A stretch of DNA of 57,346 nucleotides from Scyliorhinus canicula (Eukaryota): positions 926,363-983,708 of the forward strand of contig NW_024055478.1 in assembly GCF_902713615.1 (NCBI RefSeq), in the 5' to 3' direction. Below are positions 25,814 to 37,169 of the stretch, piece after piece (within the stretch, counting starts at the first letter, position 1; each line of letters opens with the position of its first letter). A model generated the notes under the pieces. That model was not told where the DNA came from, made no database searches, and saw nothing but the letters and a program-made list of their open reading frames with translations. Made by a program: the position numbers and the translations under genes.

Positions 25814-25879
25814 AGTATTTGACACGCTGTGTCTCATTGTGACAACTGGGGCACAGCAGTTACTGTCAATACAAAAAGC
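25814..25879 (+). other. IGHD: D2 segment (25842-25851, ACAACTGGGG) with 12/12 RSS
   Basis: AGTATTTGA 25814-25822, 12 bp, CATTGTG 25835-25841; CACAGCA 25852-25858, 12 bp, ACAAAAAGC 25871-25879. Confidence 0.88.
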
Positions 25880-26196
25880 CCCTCAGCACTAATTCACTGA
25901 GGCTGGCTCAGTGCTCGCTTTTACAATCCAACTTTATTTACAGTGATGTATTACTGTCCAGCACTGACAAAATGATAAGAATTAATATGGAAATTTGGTG
26001 GTCGTTATTTAGTCACAGTTGGTGTTTTCAATAGCATTTCCATGTCTGAAATATAAAACATTCAGTCATTTATGAAGCGATAACGGTATCCACAAATATT
26101 CATATAATTTCCTGAAAATTAATCGTGAATTTTCTTTGCCGTTGGTTTGTGAATATTTAAAATAATGGTGGATTTCTGTCTATTTTGTGCAGGTGC

Positions 26197-26235
26197 GGTT
26201 ATTGTATGGAGCTGCCCAGGGAATATGACACTGTG
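26197..26235 (+). promoter_or_regulatory. JH 5' RSS, 23-bp spacer
   Basis: GGTTATTGT 26197-26205, 23 bp, CACTGTG 26229-26235. Confidence 0.93.
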
Positions 26236-26283
26236 ACTATCTCGACTACTGGGGACAGGGGACCATGGTGACGGTGACTGCAG
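26236..26283 (+). CDS. IGHJ: Ig heavy-chain J segment
   Basis: YLDYWGQGTMVTVTA with WGxG motif; donor GTAAGA at 26284. Confidence 0.98.
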
Positions 26284-26404
26284 GTAAGAACCATTCCGTC
26301 ATTTACCAACTGTTTTACTTGAGTATTTGTTTTATATTTTTCTGCATTTTCAAAACCCATTCGTTCACTGAAATGTGTTTTGGTGGATCATGTATTGAGA
26401 TGTT

Positions 26405-27700
26405 GTTGCAATGTTTCATTTGATTCTGATGAAAGGGGGATATAGAATCCCGCAGTTTCTTGACAGAAAGATGCTGCTGAGGGATTCAGTCCCTGTTTGC
26501 TGTGATTTGATGTTTATTTGCTGAGGATACTGTGTGGCTGGGTTACTTTAAATACAAAACGTGTGTTTTTACGATGTTTAATCTCGGTTCTATCTAATGT
26601 CTGCAGTTTGTACCGTCTTCTGCACAAGTGTTTGAGATCTAACCCAATATTAACAAAATGTGGTAAAGTTTCTCCATTATCTTATTGAATATGATGCGCT
26701 TACTGACAATGCTGATGTTATTATTCAATTTTTGTGCTTCGTTTAATTCTTCATTCATTTGATGACATGAGGGTTTGGTGCATTCTGGTTTGAGATTTTC
26801 TTGCAATGTTTCATTTGGTTCTGTTGAAAGGGGTTGTAGAACTGAGCTGCTTCTCTATGGTGCTTCACTCATTCGGTGATGTGTTTTGGTGTTTTTCTGC
26901 TGAGGAATGTTTTTGGGTGACTTTGAATCGGAAGATTTGTGAAACGGTTTGGCGTGTCTGTATTGTTTCAACTCGGTGACGCTGAGCGGTAACACGATTT
27001 GTGATTGAATGCAGAGTATACATGTTGGAAACTGCTTGGTGTAGGCTTGTAGGCAGAGAACAGGGAGGCTGTTTCTGCATCTTGAAAAAAAAGTGAAATT
27101 GCAGATTAAACTAAGCCACGTTCTGCGACAAAGCCTTTCCGAACACAGGTTGTTGCTGCAATCACAGTTTGCCGTTTGTGCAATGTTTCATCTCCGTGGC
27201 ATCTGATGGTTGCAGCTTTTACCATCTCCTGCAAACATTAAAAGCATTTAAATGTGTTTGAAAAATGACTCGATATGAAAAAATGTGGTAAAGTTCCAAT
27301 AATTCTTTGTTAATATTCCAGCTCCTCACAATGCTATTGCTGTTATTCCACATTTATGTTTAGTTTAATAATTCAATGGCGACGAGCTGGTTTGCTGGAT
27401 ATTTATATTTTCTTGCAATATTAAGTTTGATCCAGTTCGATGTAGAATTGAGCTGCTTCTCAATAAACGGGTATCAGTCCTTCATTGATGTGATTTCGTG
27501 TTTTGTTCTTCTGGGGAGATTGTGTATCTGGGTGACTTTAAATGATTAAGATTGGTCAAACGGTTCACCGTTTCTCCATTGTTTCTGCATTGTTTAAACT
27601 CGGTGACACTGAGCGGTTACACGTTTTCTGATTGAATGCAAACAGCCTAGGCGTTTGAAAATGCTTGAAGGGCGATTGTCGGGAGAAAACAGACAGGCTT
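26405..27700 (+). repeat. Three diverged tandem copies of a 0.3-0.6 kb unit just 3' of JH
   Basis: TTGCAAT... at ~26406, 26801, 27413; AAAATGTGGTAAAGTT at 26655 and ~27280; AACTCGGTGAC.CTGAGCGGT.ACACG at 26970 and 27598. Confidence 0.7.
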
Positions 27701-30009
27701 AAGAAAATAATCTAATAAAGATATATTGATGCATTTTGTAATTTTAACTGATGCTTCCAGATTAAACAAAATAGTGACTGAAACGCCCATGCAGAACATA
27801 GTAACATTTATATAATTCAAACAATTGCAATGCGGTGATACAACTCCATATTAACCAAAAGTTATTATATATTAATATCATTCATCATTAATCACCTTTC
27901 ACAATCCTGCTGTGTTCCGCACGAGGTTAACATGACCGGGCAGGTTTCTAGGCTGGAAATAATTTGTAATTCCAGTTATTCAATTATTTCTGTGCCGCTG
28001 CAACTATATTATACCTTCACTGTGATTTGTAGTTGGATAGCGAGGTAATTATCGCTAATCTAACCTGAACCCGTTTTCTGAAGTGTGGAAGTCGCTGCCA
28101 ATCAAGGAATTGTTCCGATGATTTTATTTATATTGTAGGAAAGTTCAGATTGTCTGTGGCAAGAGATTGAAAAGTAAAAGCTTGAATGTCAAACCGATAT
28201 ATTTATTTATTTACAAAAGGTTAACAGTACCTCTGCATTTTATAATGACATCCTGTCTCCCATAGCTGTGCTCTACACACGATAGAATTATAGGAAGAAC
28301 AGATGATAGGAAAGAAAGAATGATTATATCTTAGCTTTCGGCTTAAATTTTATTAAATGCTAAATTCAGCAACAAATTATCCACTCCATTTGCTGAAAAT
28401 GGATGAGTTTTGCAAATGATTTGAATAAATATTACTGAGCTATTCTCGTTATATTCATTACTTTCTGAGAATAGATGGAGTTTATGATTTATCAATGTGT
28501 TCAGAAAGGCGCATATTTTACACATTTGTAGGTCGAATAGAGCAATTGGAGTAAAAAATAAAATAAAATGTGAATAGAGTCAAGTAAATGTTAAGATGTT
28601 TCCATCGAGTAATTTGGAGTTTATTGTTCAACATTGTTTGATTGTCAGGTTGTTTTAATTAAATCCCAATTATTTCACAAAGCTCTGGGTGAAAACAAAT
28701 TGGGGATTATTGAATGCTATTTTTATCATATTTATTATTATAGTACAGATAATCTGATAAAGAAATAGCTGACAATTAACAATAACTTACAGTACAATAT
28801 CAGTGAGAACTAATTCAGCATAAATTACCTCTTACAATTGAGTTGTATCCTAGCGTGCAATATCTCAAAGGTTTTAAAGAGTTTTAATAATATCTGTAAT
28901 TAATTTAGGAAACAATACATTTCTTTACACTGCTGTGTGCAGCTCAGTTCTTTTGCTGATTACATTCTTTTGCCCTGATTATTTTGCTGATTATATTTAG
29001 TTGTGTTTTTAGATCATATTAGTGGGTAATGTGAATATTTTCTGGTTTGTTTAATTATTGCCCTGTCACTGTGTCTCTGTTAAGTCATTAATCTACCCTG
29101 GATCTGTAATATTTCATCTGCTCATTTTCAGCAAAACTACTTTTTGCCCAATTATCGAGTTTTGAGATAGACAGAGAGAAATAGTTAAAAACCGAATGCA
29201 GTTTTGAAATTAATGTCAGTTTAATTTCAAATAAATTACTGAATTATTGTTGTCGGAAGTTGGCCATTGATCAATTAGAATCAAACAGTTTCATGAAACT
29301 GACAGATTGAACAGATCTATCTGCTGGAACTCGATTGTTGCCATTTGTGTCTGTTCAGTTTCTGTGCGCGCGGTCACTGTGCTGGGACCAGGAATCTTCC
29401 TGACTGGTTGTAAATCTTCTAATTCATTTTCCAGTATTCCAGGGAGTGCAATTTGATCAAGTCCTTCAATAAAACTTGTATATGTGTGGAATGTGGAAAT
29501 TGTACTTGATGTTTGACAAGGCGACTCAGAAAGGTGATTCCTCATCCAGATTGTGACAGAAAGAATTCAGCGACGCCAGACAGGCTGGAGAAGGAGATTT
29601 AGTTGATTTTTAAGCAGTGATATATTGGTCTTGGGAATTTTCGATTAGGCAACGCAGAGAGAGATTTACTGGGTTACATTCCGTGCTACGGCAGTCCTTG
29701 ATCTATTTAATGGGTCAGTGCAGCGGAGAAATCCCTTTGCATTTTATTTTTAATCCTATCCTAGGATTTTGGAGGCGCTGGCAAGGCCAGATTTTATTAT
29801 ATATGCCGAAGTGTCCCCCCGGAAAGTTTAGATGTGAAACATCCTTGAATAATTGCAGTCCATGTTGCGGAGGGACATTCGCGATATTGTCAGGGAGGGA
29901 GTTCCAGAATTTTGACTCGGCGACAGTGAAGGAATGATGGTGTATTCCTAAATCAGGATGGTGAGTGTCTTGGAAGGGAACTTGCAGGTTTTGGTGCACT
30001 CATGCATCG

Positions 30010-31625
30010 ATACAAACATATACACACTCTCGCTCTCTCACACACACATTCTCTCTCATCCTCACACAAACTCATTCTCTCACACACATAATCACAATAC
30101 TTCTTTCAAACATACACACTGTGCCTCGCACACAATGACTCTCACAGTCTCACTCTCAGACACACTGTGACGATCTGCCTCTCTCACACACACATTCGCT
30201 CACACGCTCTCACTCACACACGCTCTATCGCACACGCACTCTCTTTCACCAAATCTCTCTGATACACCTTGCCTCTCTCTCTCTCTCTCACCCACGCTCA
30301 AACACACAGACCCTCTCCCTCACATACATGCATAATCGCTCTTCAAACACCGCATGTTTTCTTTCAGGCTCTCTCTCACACGCATTCCCTCTGATACATA
30401 CACAATATCTCAGACGCACACAAACTCGCTAACATATTATTATCCTCTCACTCTCACGCACTCTCACACGTGCACCCTGGCACATGCCCTCTCTCTCGTG
30501 GACACTGTCTCATTCTCTCTCTCTGACAAACAATCTATCTCTCTCTTTCAGGCATGCGGTATCTCACTCTCTCATATTCCCTCTCTCTCTGACACACACA
30601 CTCTCTCATACGCACATTCTTTCTCTCACACACTCCCCCTCTATCACAGACACACTATCTCAGATACACAGATCTCTCTCTCTCTCACACAGTCTCACAT
30701 CCATAATCGCTCTTCAAACAGAATCATTCCTTCTTTCACACACACAATCTCAAACATACTATCACTCTCCCTTTCTCTCACACACTTCCAAAGACACACA
30801 CATGCACCCTGTCACACACATACATTCTCCCACCTGCTCTCTCTCATGCACACTGTGTCCCGTGTCTTTCTCACACAATCTCTCTCTTTCGCACATGCAC
30901 ACTCTCATACACACACACACATACTCACACAAGCTCTTATTTCTCTCTCTCTCTCACACAAACACTAGTACATACATATCTCGTAAACACATTTTCTTTC
31001 ACTCAAACACAGACATGTTCTTTGGCAAACTCTATCACACGTTTTCAGAAACACACAAACGCGCCCCCACATTCTGCCTCTCTCTGACACACGTGGTCTC
31101 TCTCTCTCTGTTTTAGGTACACACCCACATGCTCTCTAATCTCTCACACACACTCAATCATACACACCCTATCTCGAACTCACGCACACAATCTCCCATT
31201 TCCACACACTCTCACACACATTGCCTCTCTCACTCACACAGAAAATCTCACACACACACATCCCTTCACACACATTCACACAAAAACTCTCCCTTGCACA
31301 TTATTTTATTCTCCCTCTAACACCTATCTCACATACATACACGTACTCTGTCTCTCTCTCTCACACACACACAGGAACACACACATATGTTCACAAACAC
31401 TTACACTCAGAGGCGCAACACAGCAACATACACACAATCAAGAAAACACACACACACAGCAGCACACAAACAGGAACAAACACACGCTCACAGACAAACA
31501 TGAACACCGAGGAACACGTACACAGGGATACAGAGGGATACACACACACACGGGAACGGACACACGCTCACACACACATACACAATGAACACCTAGGAAC
31601 ACGCACACAGGGACACACATAAAGA
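30010..31625. repeat. Degenerate (CA/CT)n low-complexity tract
   Basis: Nearly continuous CACACA/CTCTCT runs; produces spurious His/Thr/Ser/Leu ORFs. Confidence 0.9.
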
Positions 31626-31639
31626 ACACACGGACAGCT

Positions 31640-32930
31640 GAGAGTGACTGTTCGTGACCTCAAGGCAACATTTGAACCAGTGTTGCATCAAGGAGCCCAA
31701 ACAAAACTGGAGTCAATGGGAATCGGGGGGAAATTCCCCGCTGGTTTGAGTCATACCGAGCGGAAAGGAAGATGGTTCCGGTTTTTGGAGGTCAATCATC
31801 TCAGTTCCAGGACATCACTGCAGCGGTTCCTCAGTGTCGGCCCCACCACCTTTAGCTGCTTCAGCAATGACCTTCCAAAAGTCAGAAGTGGGGATTTTGG
31901 CTGATCATTGAACGATGTGCAGCACCATTCACGACTCCGCAGTTACTGAAGCAGTCCATTGCTAAATGCAGCAAGATCTGGACTATATCCAGGCTTGGGC
32001 TGACAAGGGGAAAGGGACATTCGTACCAGACAAGTGCATGCAATGGACATCTCAAACAAGCGAAGATCGAACGATCACCCCAATGCCATTCAATGGAATT
32101 ACCATCGCTGAATCTCCTGCTGACCATTGACCAGAAACTGAACTGGACTCGCCATATACACAGTGTGGCTGTGACAAGAGGTCAGAGACTCGGAATTCTG
32201 CAACAAAAACACCTCCTGATGCCCCAAATCCTGTCCACCATCTGCAACACCAGGTTAAATTCCAACAGGTTTGTTTGGAATCCCTAGCTTTCGGAGCGCA
32301 GCTCCTTCATCAGGTGAGTCACCTGAGTAAGACTTCTTACTGTGCTCACCCCAGTCCAACGCCGGCATCTCCATATCACCAGGCACGATTCAGGAGTGTG
32401 ATGGAATACTCTCCACTTGTCTGGATGAATGCAGCTCCAATGACACAAAAGTAGCCCGCTTAAATGGCACACCATCGACAACCACTCCCTCCCTCCACCA
32501 CTGAGGAACACTGGCAGCAGTGTGTAACACCTATAACATGCTCTGAAGGAACTGGTCATGGCTGCTTGGACAGCACGTTTAAATCTCACAACAGCTGCCA
32601 TGTGGACAAGGACAGCAGACACATGGGAACATCACCAACTGGAATTTCTCCATCCAGCCTCTCACCATCGTGACCTCAAGATATCACATTGTTCCTTCAC
32701 TGTGGATGATTCAAAATTATGGAGCTGCCTCCCAAACACCACATGGACTGCAGTGGTTGAAGAATGAAGCTCACCACCATCTTCTCAAGGGCAATGAGAA
32801 GTGGGAAATAAATGCTGGTCCAGCCAGAGACGTCTGCATCACTAGAATGAAGAAAACACACTCTCTGACACAATATGACAATAATTTTACGGCCTGATAT
32901 TGCCATTTTCAACATGAAAATCTATTAAGT
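31640..32930 (+). mobile_element. Degenerate CR1-like LINE remnant
   Basis: Decayed RT-region blocks (GACCAGAAACTGAACTGGACT...; GTGTGATGGAATACTCTCCACTTG). Confidence 0.55.
32244..32378. mobile_element. Short rearranged Penelope terminal fragment with a hammerhead motif (minus strand, 32282-32316)
   Basis: A minus-strand pLTR piece is followed by the plus-strand tail GTAAGACTTCTTACTGTGCTCACCCCAGTCCAACGCCGGCATCTCC; both match the Penelope at 50942-55366. Confidence 0.8.
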
Positions 32931-32990
32931 TGCAGGATGGTTCATTGTTCCAGTTCCGAATTGTTTTGTACAGAATGAAATTACATCGAC

Positions 32991-33359
32991 ATTAAAGCAG
33001 CTGCCCAGTGATCTACACTGCTGTCTGACTGTACACAGCCGGTGTTACTGACAGTATTAAAGCAGCTGCCCAGTGATCTACACTGCTGTCTGACTGTACA
33101 CAGCCGGTGTTACTGACAGTATTAAAGCAGCTGCCCAGTGATCTACACTGCTGTCTGACTGTACACAGCCGGTGTTACTGAAAGTATTAAAGCAGCTGCC
33201 CAGTGATCTACACTGCTGTCTGACTGTACACAGCCGGTGTTACTGAAAGTATTAAAGCAGCTACCCAGTGATCTACAGCCGGTGTTACTGAAAGTATTAA
33301 AGCAGCTGCCCAGTGATCTACACTGCTGTCTGACTGTACACAGCCGCTGTTACTGAAAG
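32991..33359. repeat. 65-bp minisatellite, ~5.6 copies
   Basis: CTGCCCAGTG at 33001, 33066, 33131, 33196, 33261 (shortened unit), 33306. Confidence 0.95.
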
Positions 33360-33539
33360 CTGATCAATGTGTAGAATCAGGACAGGATGGATGGAGAGGA
33401 AGAGGAGGAGGTGGGGGTGGTGCAGCCGAATGGAGGAGCCCCCAGCTCGGCTGTGGACAACAGACAAGAGAAAGCTGAGCCTGAGCGGAATGTCATCCAG
33501 AGAAACATCGCCCAGCTTGGCCCGGAGTACCTGAATGAT

Positions 33540-36420
33540 CACTCATTCACCCTCACCCACACTCACTCACCGTCACTCACACTCACTCACACTCACTCAC
33601 CGTCTCTCACACTCACCCACACTCACTCACACTCACTCACCGTCACTCACACTCACTCACACTCACTCACAGTCACTCACACTCACTCACTCTCACTCAC
33701 ACTCACTCACTGTCACTCAAACTCACTCACACTCACTCACCGTCACTCACACTCACTCACAGTCACTCACACTCACTCACTCTCACTCACACTCACTCAC
33801 CCCTGTTCACACTCACTCACAGTCACTCATACACACTGACTGATTAACCCACACTCATTTACCGACACTAAGTCACAATCCCTCACTCAATCATCCACCC
33901 TCATGCATCCATACCCACTAACCCACATTCATTCACACACCCACACTCACCTATGCACATCCTTAATCACCAACCCTCATTCCCTTACCCTCACTCACTC
34001 GCAGTAATCCATCCGAACTAACTCACCCTCCCTCACCCACCTTGTCATCCACATTCACTTCCTCACCCTCACTCACCAACCCTCACCCAGCTTCACTCAC
34101 CCATCCTCACTAAACAACCCTCACCCAGTCTCACTCACCCACCCTAACTAAACACCTCTCACCCAGCCTCACTCATCCACCCTCACTAACCAACCCTCAC
34201 CCACCCTCACTAACCAACCCTCACCCAGCCTCACTAACCAACCCTCAGCCAGCGTCACTCACCCACCCTCACTAACCAACCCTCACCCACCCTCACTAAC
34301 CAACCCTCACTCACCCTCACTAACCAACCCTCACCCAGCCTCACTAACCAACCCTCAGCCAGCGTCACTCACCCACCCTCACTAACCAACCCTCACCCAG
34401 CCACATTCACCCACCCTCACTAACCAACCCTCACCCAGCCTCACGCACCAACCCTCACTAACCAACCCTCACCCAGCCTCACTCACCCACCCTCACTAAC
34501 CAACCCTCACCCAGCCTCACTAACCAACCCTCACCCAGCCTCACTCACCCACCCTCACTAACCAACCCTCACCCAGCCTCACTCACCCACCCTCACTTAC
34601 CAACCCTCACCCAGCCTCACTCACCCACCCTCACTAACAAACCCTCACCCAGCCTCACTCACCCACCCTCACTAACCAACCCTCACCCAGCCTCACTAAC
34701 CAACCCTCACCCAGCCTCACTCACCCACCCTCACTAACCAACCCTCACCCAGCCTCACTCACCCACCCTCACTAACCAACCCTCACCCAGCCTCACTCAC
34801 CCACCCTCACTAACCAACCCTCACCCAGCCACACTCACCCACCCTCACTAACCAACCCTCACCCAGCCTCACTCACCCACCCTCACTAACCAACCCTCAC
34901 CCAGCCACACTCACCCATCCTCACTACCCAACCCTCACCCAGCCTCACTCACCCACCCTCACCCACCCTCACTAACCAACCCTCAGCCAGCGTCACTCAC
35001 CCACCGTCACTAACCAACACTCACCCAGCCGCACTCACCCACCCTCACTAAGCAACCCTCACCCAGCCGCACTCACCCACCCTCACTAACCAACCCTCAC
35101 CCACCCTCACTAACCAACCCTCACCCAGCGTCACTCACCCACCCTCACCCAGCCTCACTCACCCACCCTCACTAACCAACCCTCACCCAGCCTCACTCAC
35201 CCACCCTCACCCAGCCGCACTCACCCACCCTCACTAACCAACCCTCACCCACCCTCACTAACCAAACCTCACCCACCCTCAATCACCCCACTCAAACTCA
35301 CTCAGCCTCACTCACCAACCCTCACCCACCATCACTCACTCACACTCACTCACCCACCCTCACACTCACTAACTCTCACTCACACTCACTCACACTTACA
35401 CACACTCAACCAGCCCACTCACACTGACTCACTCACCCCCACTCACCCTCGCTCACCAACAATCACCCACCCTCATTCACTGTCACTCACTCGCCCACTC
35501 TCACCCACACTCACTCTCTCACACTCATTCACCCACACTCAACCACCCCACTCTCACTCGCTCACCCTCACTCACCAACCCTCACCCACCTTCACTCAAT
35601 CACTCCAACTCACCCTCACTCACCAACCCTCACCCGTCCTCATTCACTCTCACTCACTCACCCACCCTCACCCTCACTCACTCACACTCATTCACCCACA
35701 CTCAACCACCCCACTCACTCACTCATACTCACTCACCGACTCACACTCACACTCACACACACTCACTCACCCACACTACTCACACTCAGTCACACTCACT
35801 CACCCTCACTCGCCAACCCTCACCCCGTCTCTCATACTCATTCACGCAACTACATTCACTCACTCCCACTCACCTTCACTCACCAACCCTCACTCACACT
35901 GACTCACACTCACTCACCCACAGCCAACCACCCCACTCAAACCCACTCACCCACTTTCAATCACTCACACTCACTCAACCACCCTTACTAATGGAAATCA
36001 CTCAGTCCCTTCACTCAGCCACCGTCACTCACTCACACTCACTTATTCACTCACTCCACACAACTTAATTCACTCCCCTCACTCAACCAGTCTCACACGC
36101 CCAGCTTCGCTCACTTTTCATAACTCACGCACCCTCACTCACCCACACTCATTCGCTCACCCAATGTGATTCACTCACCCACACTCATTCACCCTCACTC
36201 ATCCACCCTCATTCACTCAACCTCATTTACCCCGCCCTCACTGAGCCTCACCTTCATTCACCCACCTTCACTCACTCAGTAGGCCTCATTCACATATCCT
36301 CGCTCACCCACTGTCACTCACTCTCCATCATTCATCCACCCTCCCTCACTCACCCACCATTACTCACGCAGCCACATTCATAAACCTCAGATCACCCAAA
36401 ATCTCACTCAACACCAAACC
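33540..36420. repeat. C/A-rich tandem array (core ~38-bp unit ACCAACCCTCACCCAGCCTCACTCACCCACCCTCACTA); G-rich on the minus strand
   Basis: Regular core ~34080-35290 flanked by degenerate CTCA/CTCAC repeats; top strand almost devoid of G. Confidence 0.95.
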
Positions 36421-36436
36421 GCCCACTCATTTATTT

Positions 36437-36724
36437 ACATGCTGTGGAGATGCTGGCGTTGGATTGGGTGAGCACAGTAAGAAACCTGACAACTCCAGGT
36501 TAAGGTCCAACAGGTTTGTTTGAAACACTAGCTTTCGTAGCACTGCTCCTTCCTCAGGTGAGTGAAGAGGTAGGTTCCAGAAATATATATACAGACAAAA
36601 CTCTATATGTATGTTTCTGGAACATATCTTTTCATTCACCTGAGGAAGGAGCTGCGCTCCGAAAGCTCGTGTTTGAAACAAACCTGTTGGACTTTAACCT
36701 GGTGTTGTAAGAGTTCTCACTGAG
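36437..36724. mobile_element. Older Penelope-derived imperfect palindrome with 11-bp TSD
   Basis: Head-to-head pLTR copies; CTCATTTATTT at 36426-36436 and 36725-36735. Confidence 0.8.
36637..36671 (+). ncRNA. Minimal hammerhead ribozyme motif (Penelope type)
   Basis: CAC-CTGAGGA-A-GGAGC TGC GCTCC-GAA-AGCT-C-GTG; the antisense partner at 36526-36560 has a stem II mismatch. Confidence 0.65.
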
Positions 36725-37169
36725 CTCATTTATTTTCAACCACCACCGTCGCCCATGCATCCTCCCTCACTCACCAATCCATCCTCAATCATTTACAATC
36801 GCACGCCCATCCTCATGCTCCACACTCATACGCGCCCACCATTGTTCATGCACACACACTGACACACACAGACGCCCCCTTCTCACTCCCGCCCTAATTC
36901 ACACCCCTGCTCGCTCATCCTCATTCACTTGTCCCCTTGCTCACTAAATGGGCGGGAGTTAGTCTGCAACGAGAGAGGAAGAGAGAATTGGAGCGAAGCG
37001 TGAGAGCCAGTGTGCACGAACGTGGGTGCCTGGTAAGGGAGCAGTAACACCCAGGAGAAAGAGAAGAGAGCTGGAGGAAAGCGTCAGGGTCGAGGGTTGG
37101 GAGAATTGTAAAGAGGCGTGGGAAAATATCGAGGGAGAGGAACATGTCAAAGAGTCATGGAATAGAGCA

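Noticed and set aside
24739-26283. Germline-joined VDJ, IgNAR or IgW
   Set aside because: V, D1, D2 and J are separate with intact RSS; four CH domains with a mu-type tailpiece and TM; conventional VH framework.
30354-31629. His/Thr/Ser/Leu-rich ORFs (also 33535-33843 and 47129-47722)
   Set aside because: Products of CA/CT low-complexity DNA.
32991-33359. CRISPR-like appearance of regular repeats (also 370-594 and 45940-46860)
   Set aside because: Head-to-tail units with no unique spacers, vertebrate context, no cas genes.
33540-36420. Interstitial telomere array
   Set aside because: Dominant motif is CCCTCA/CTCAC, not CCCTAA; no tandem TTAGGG runs.
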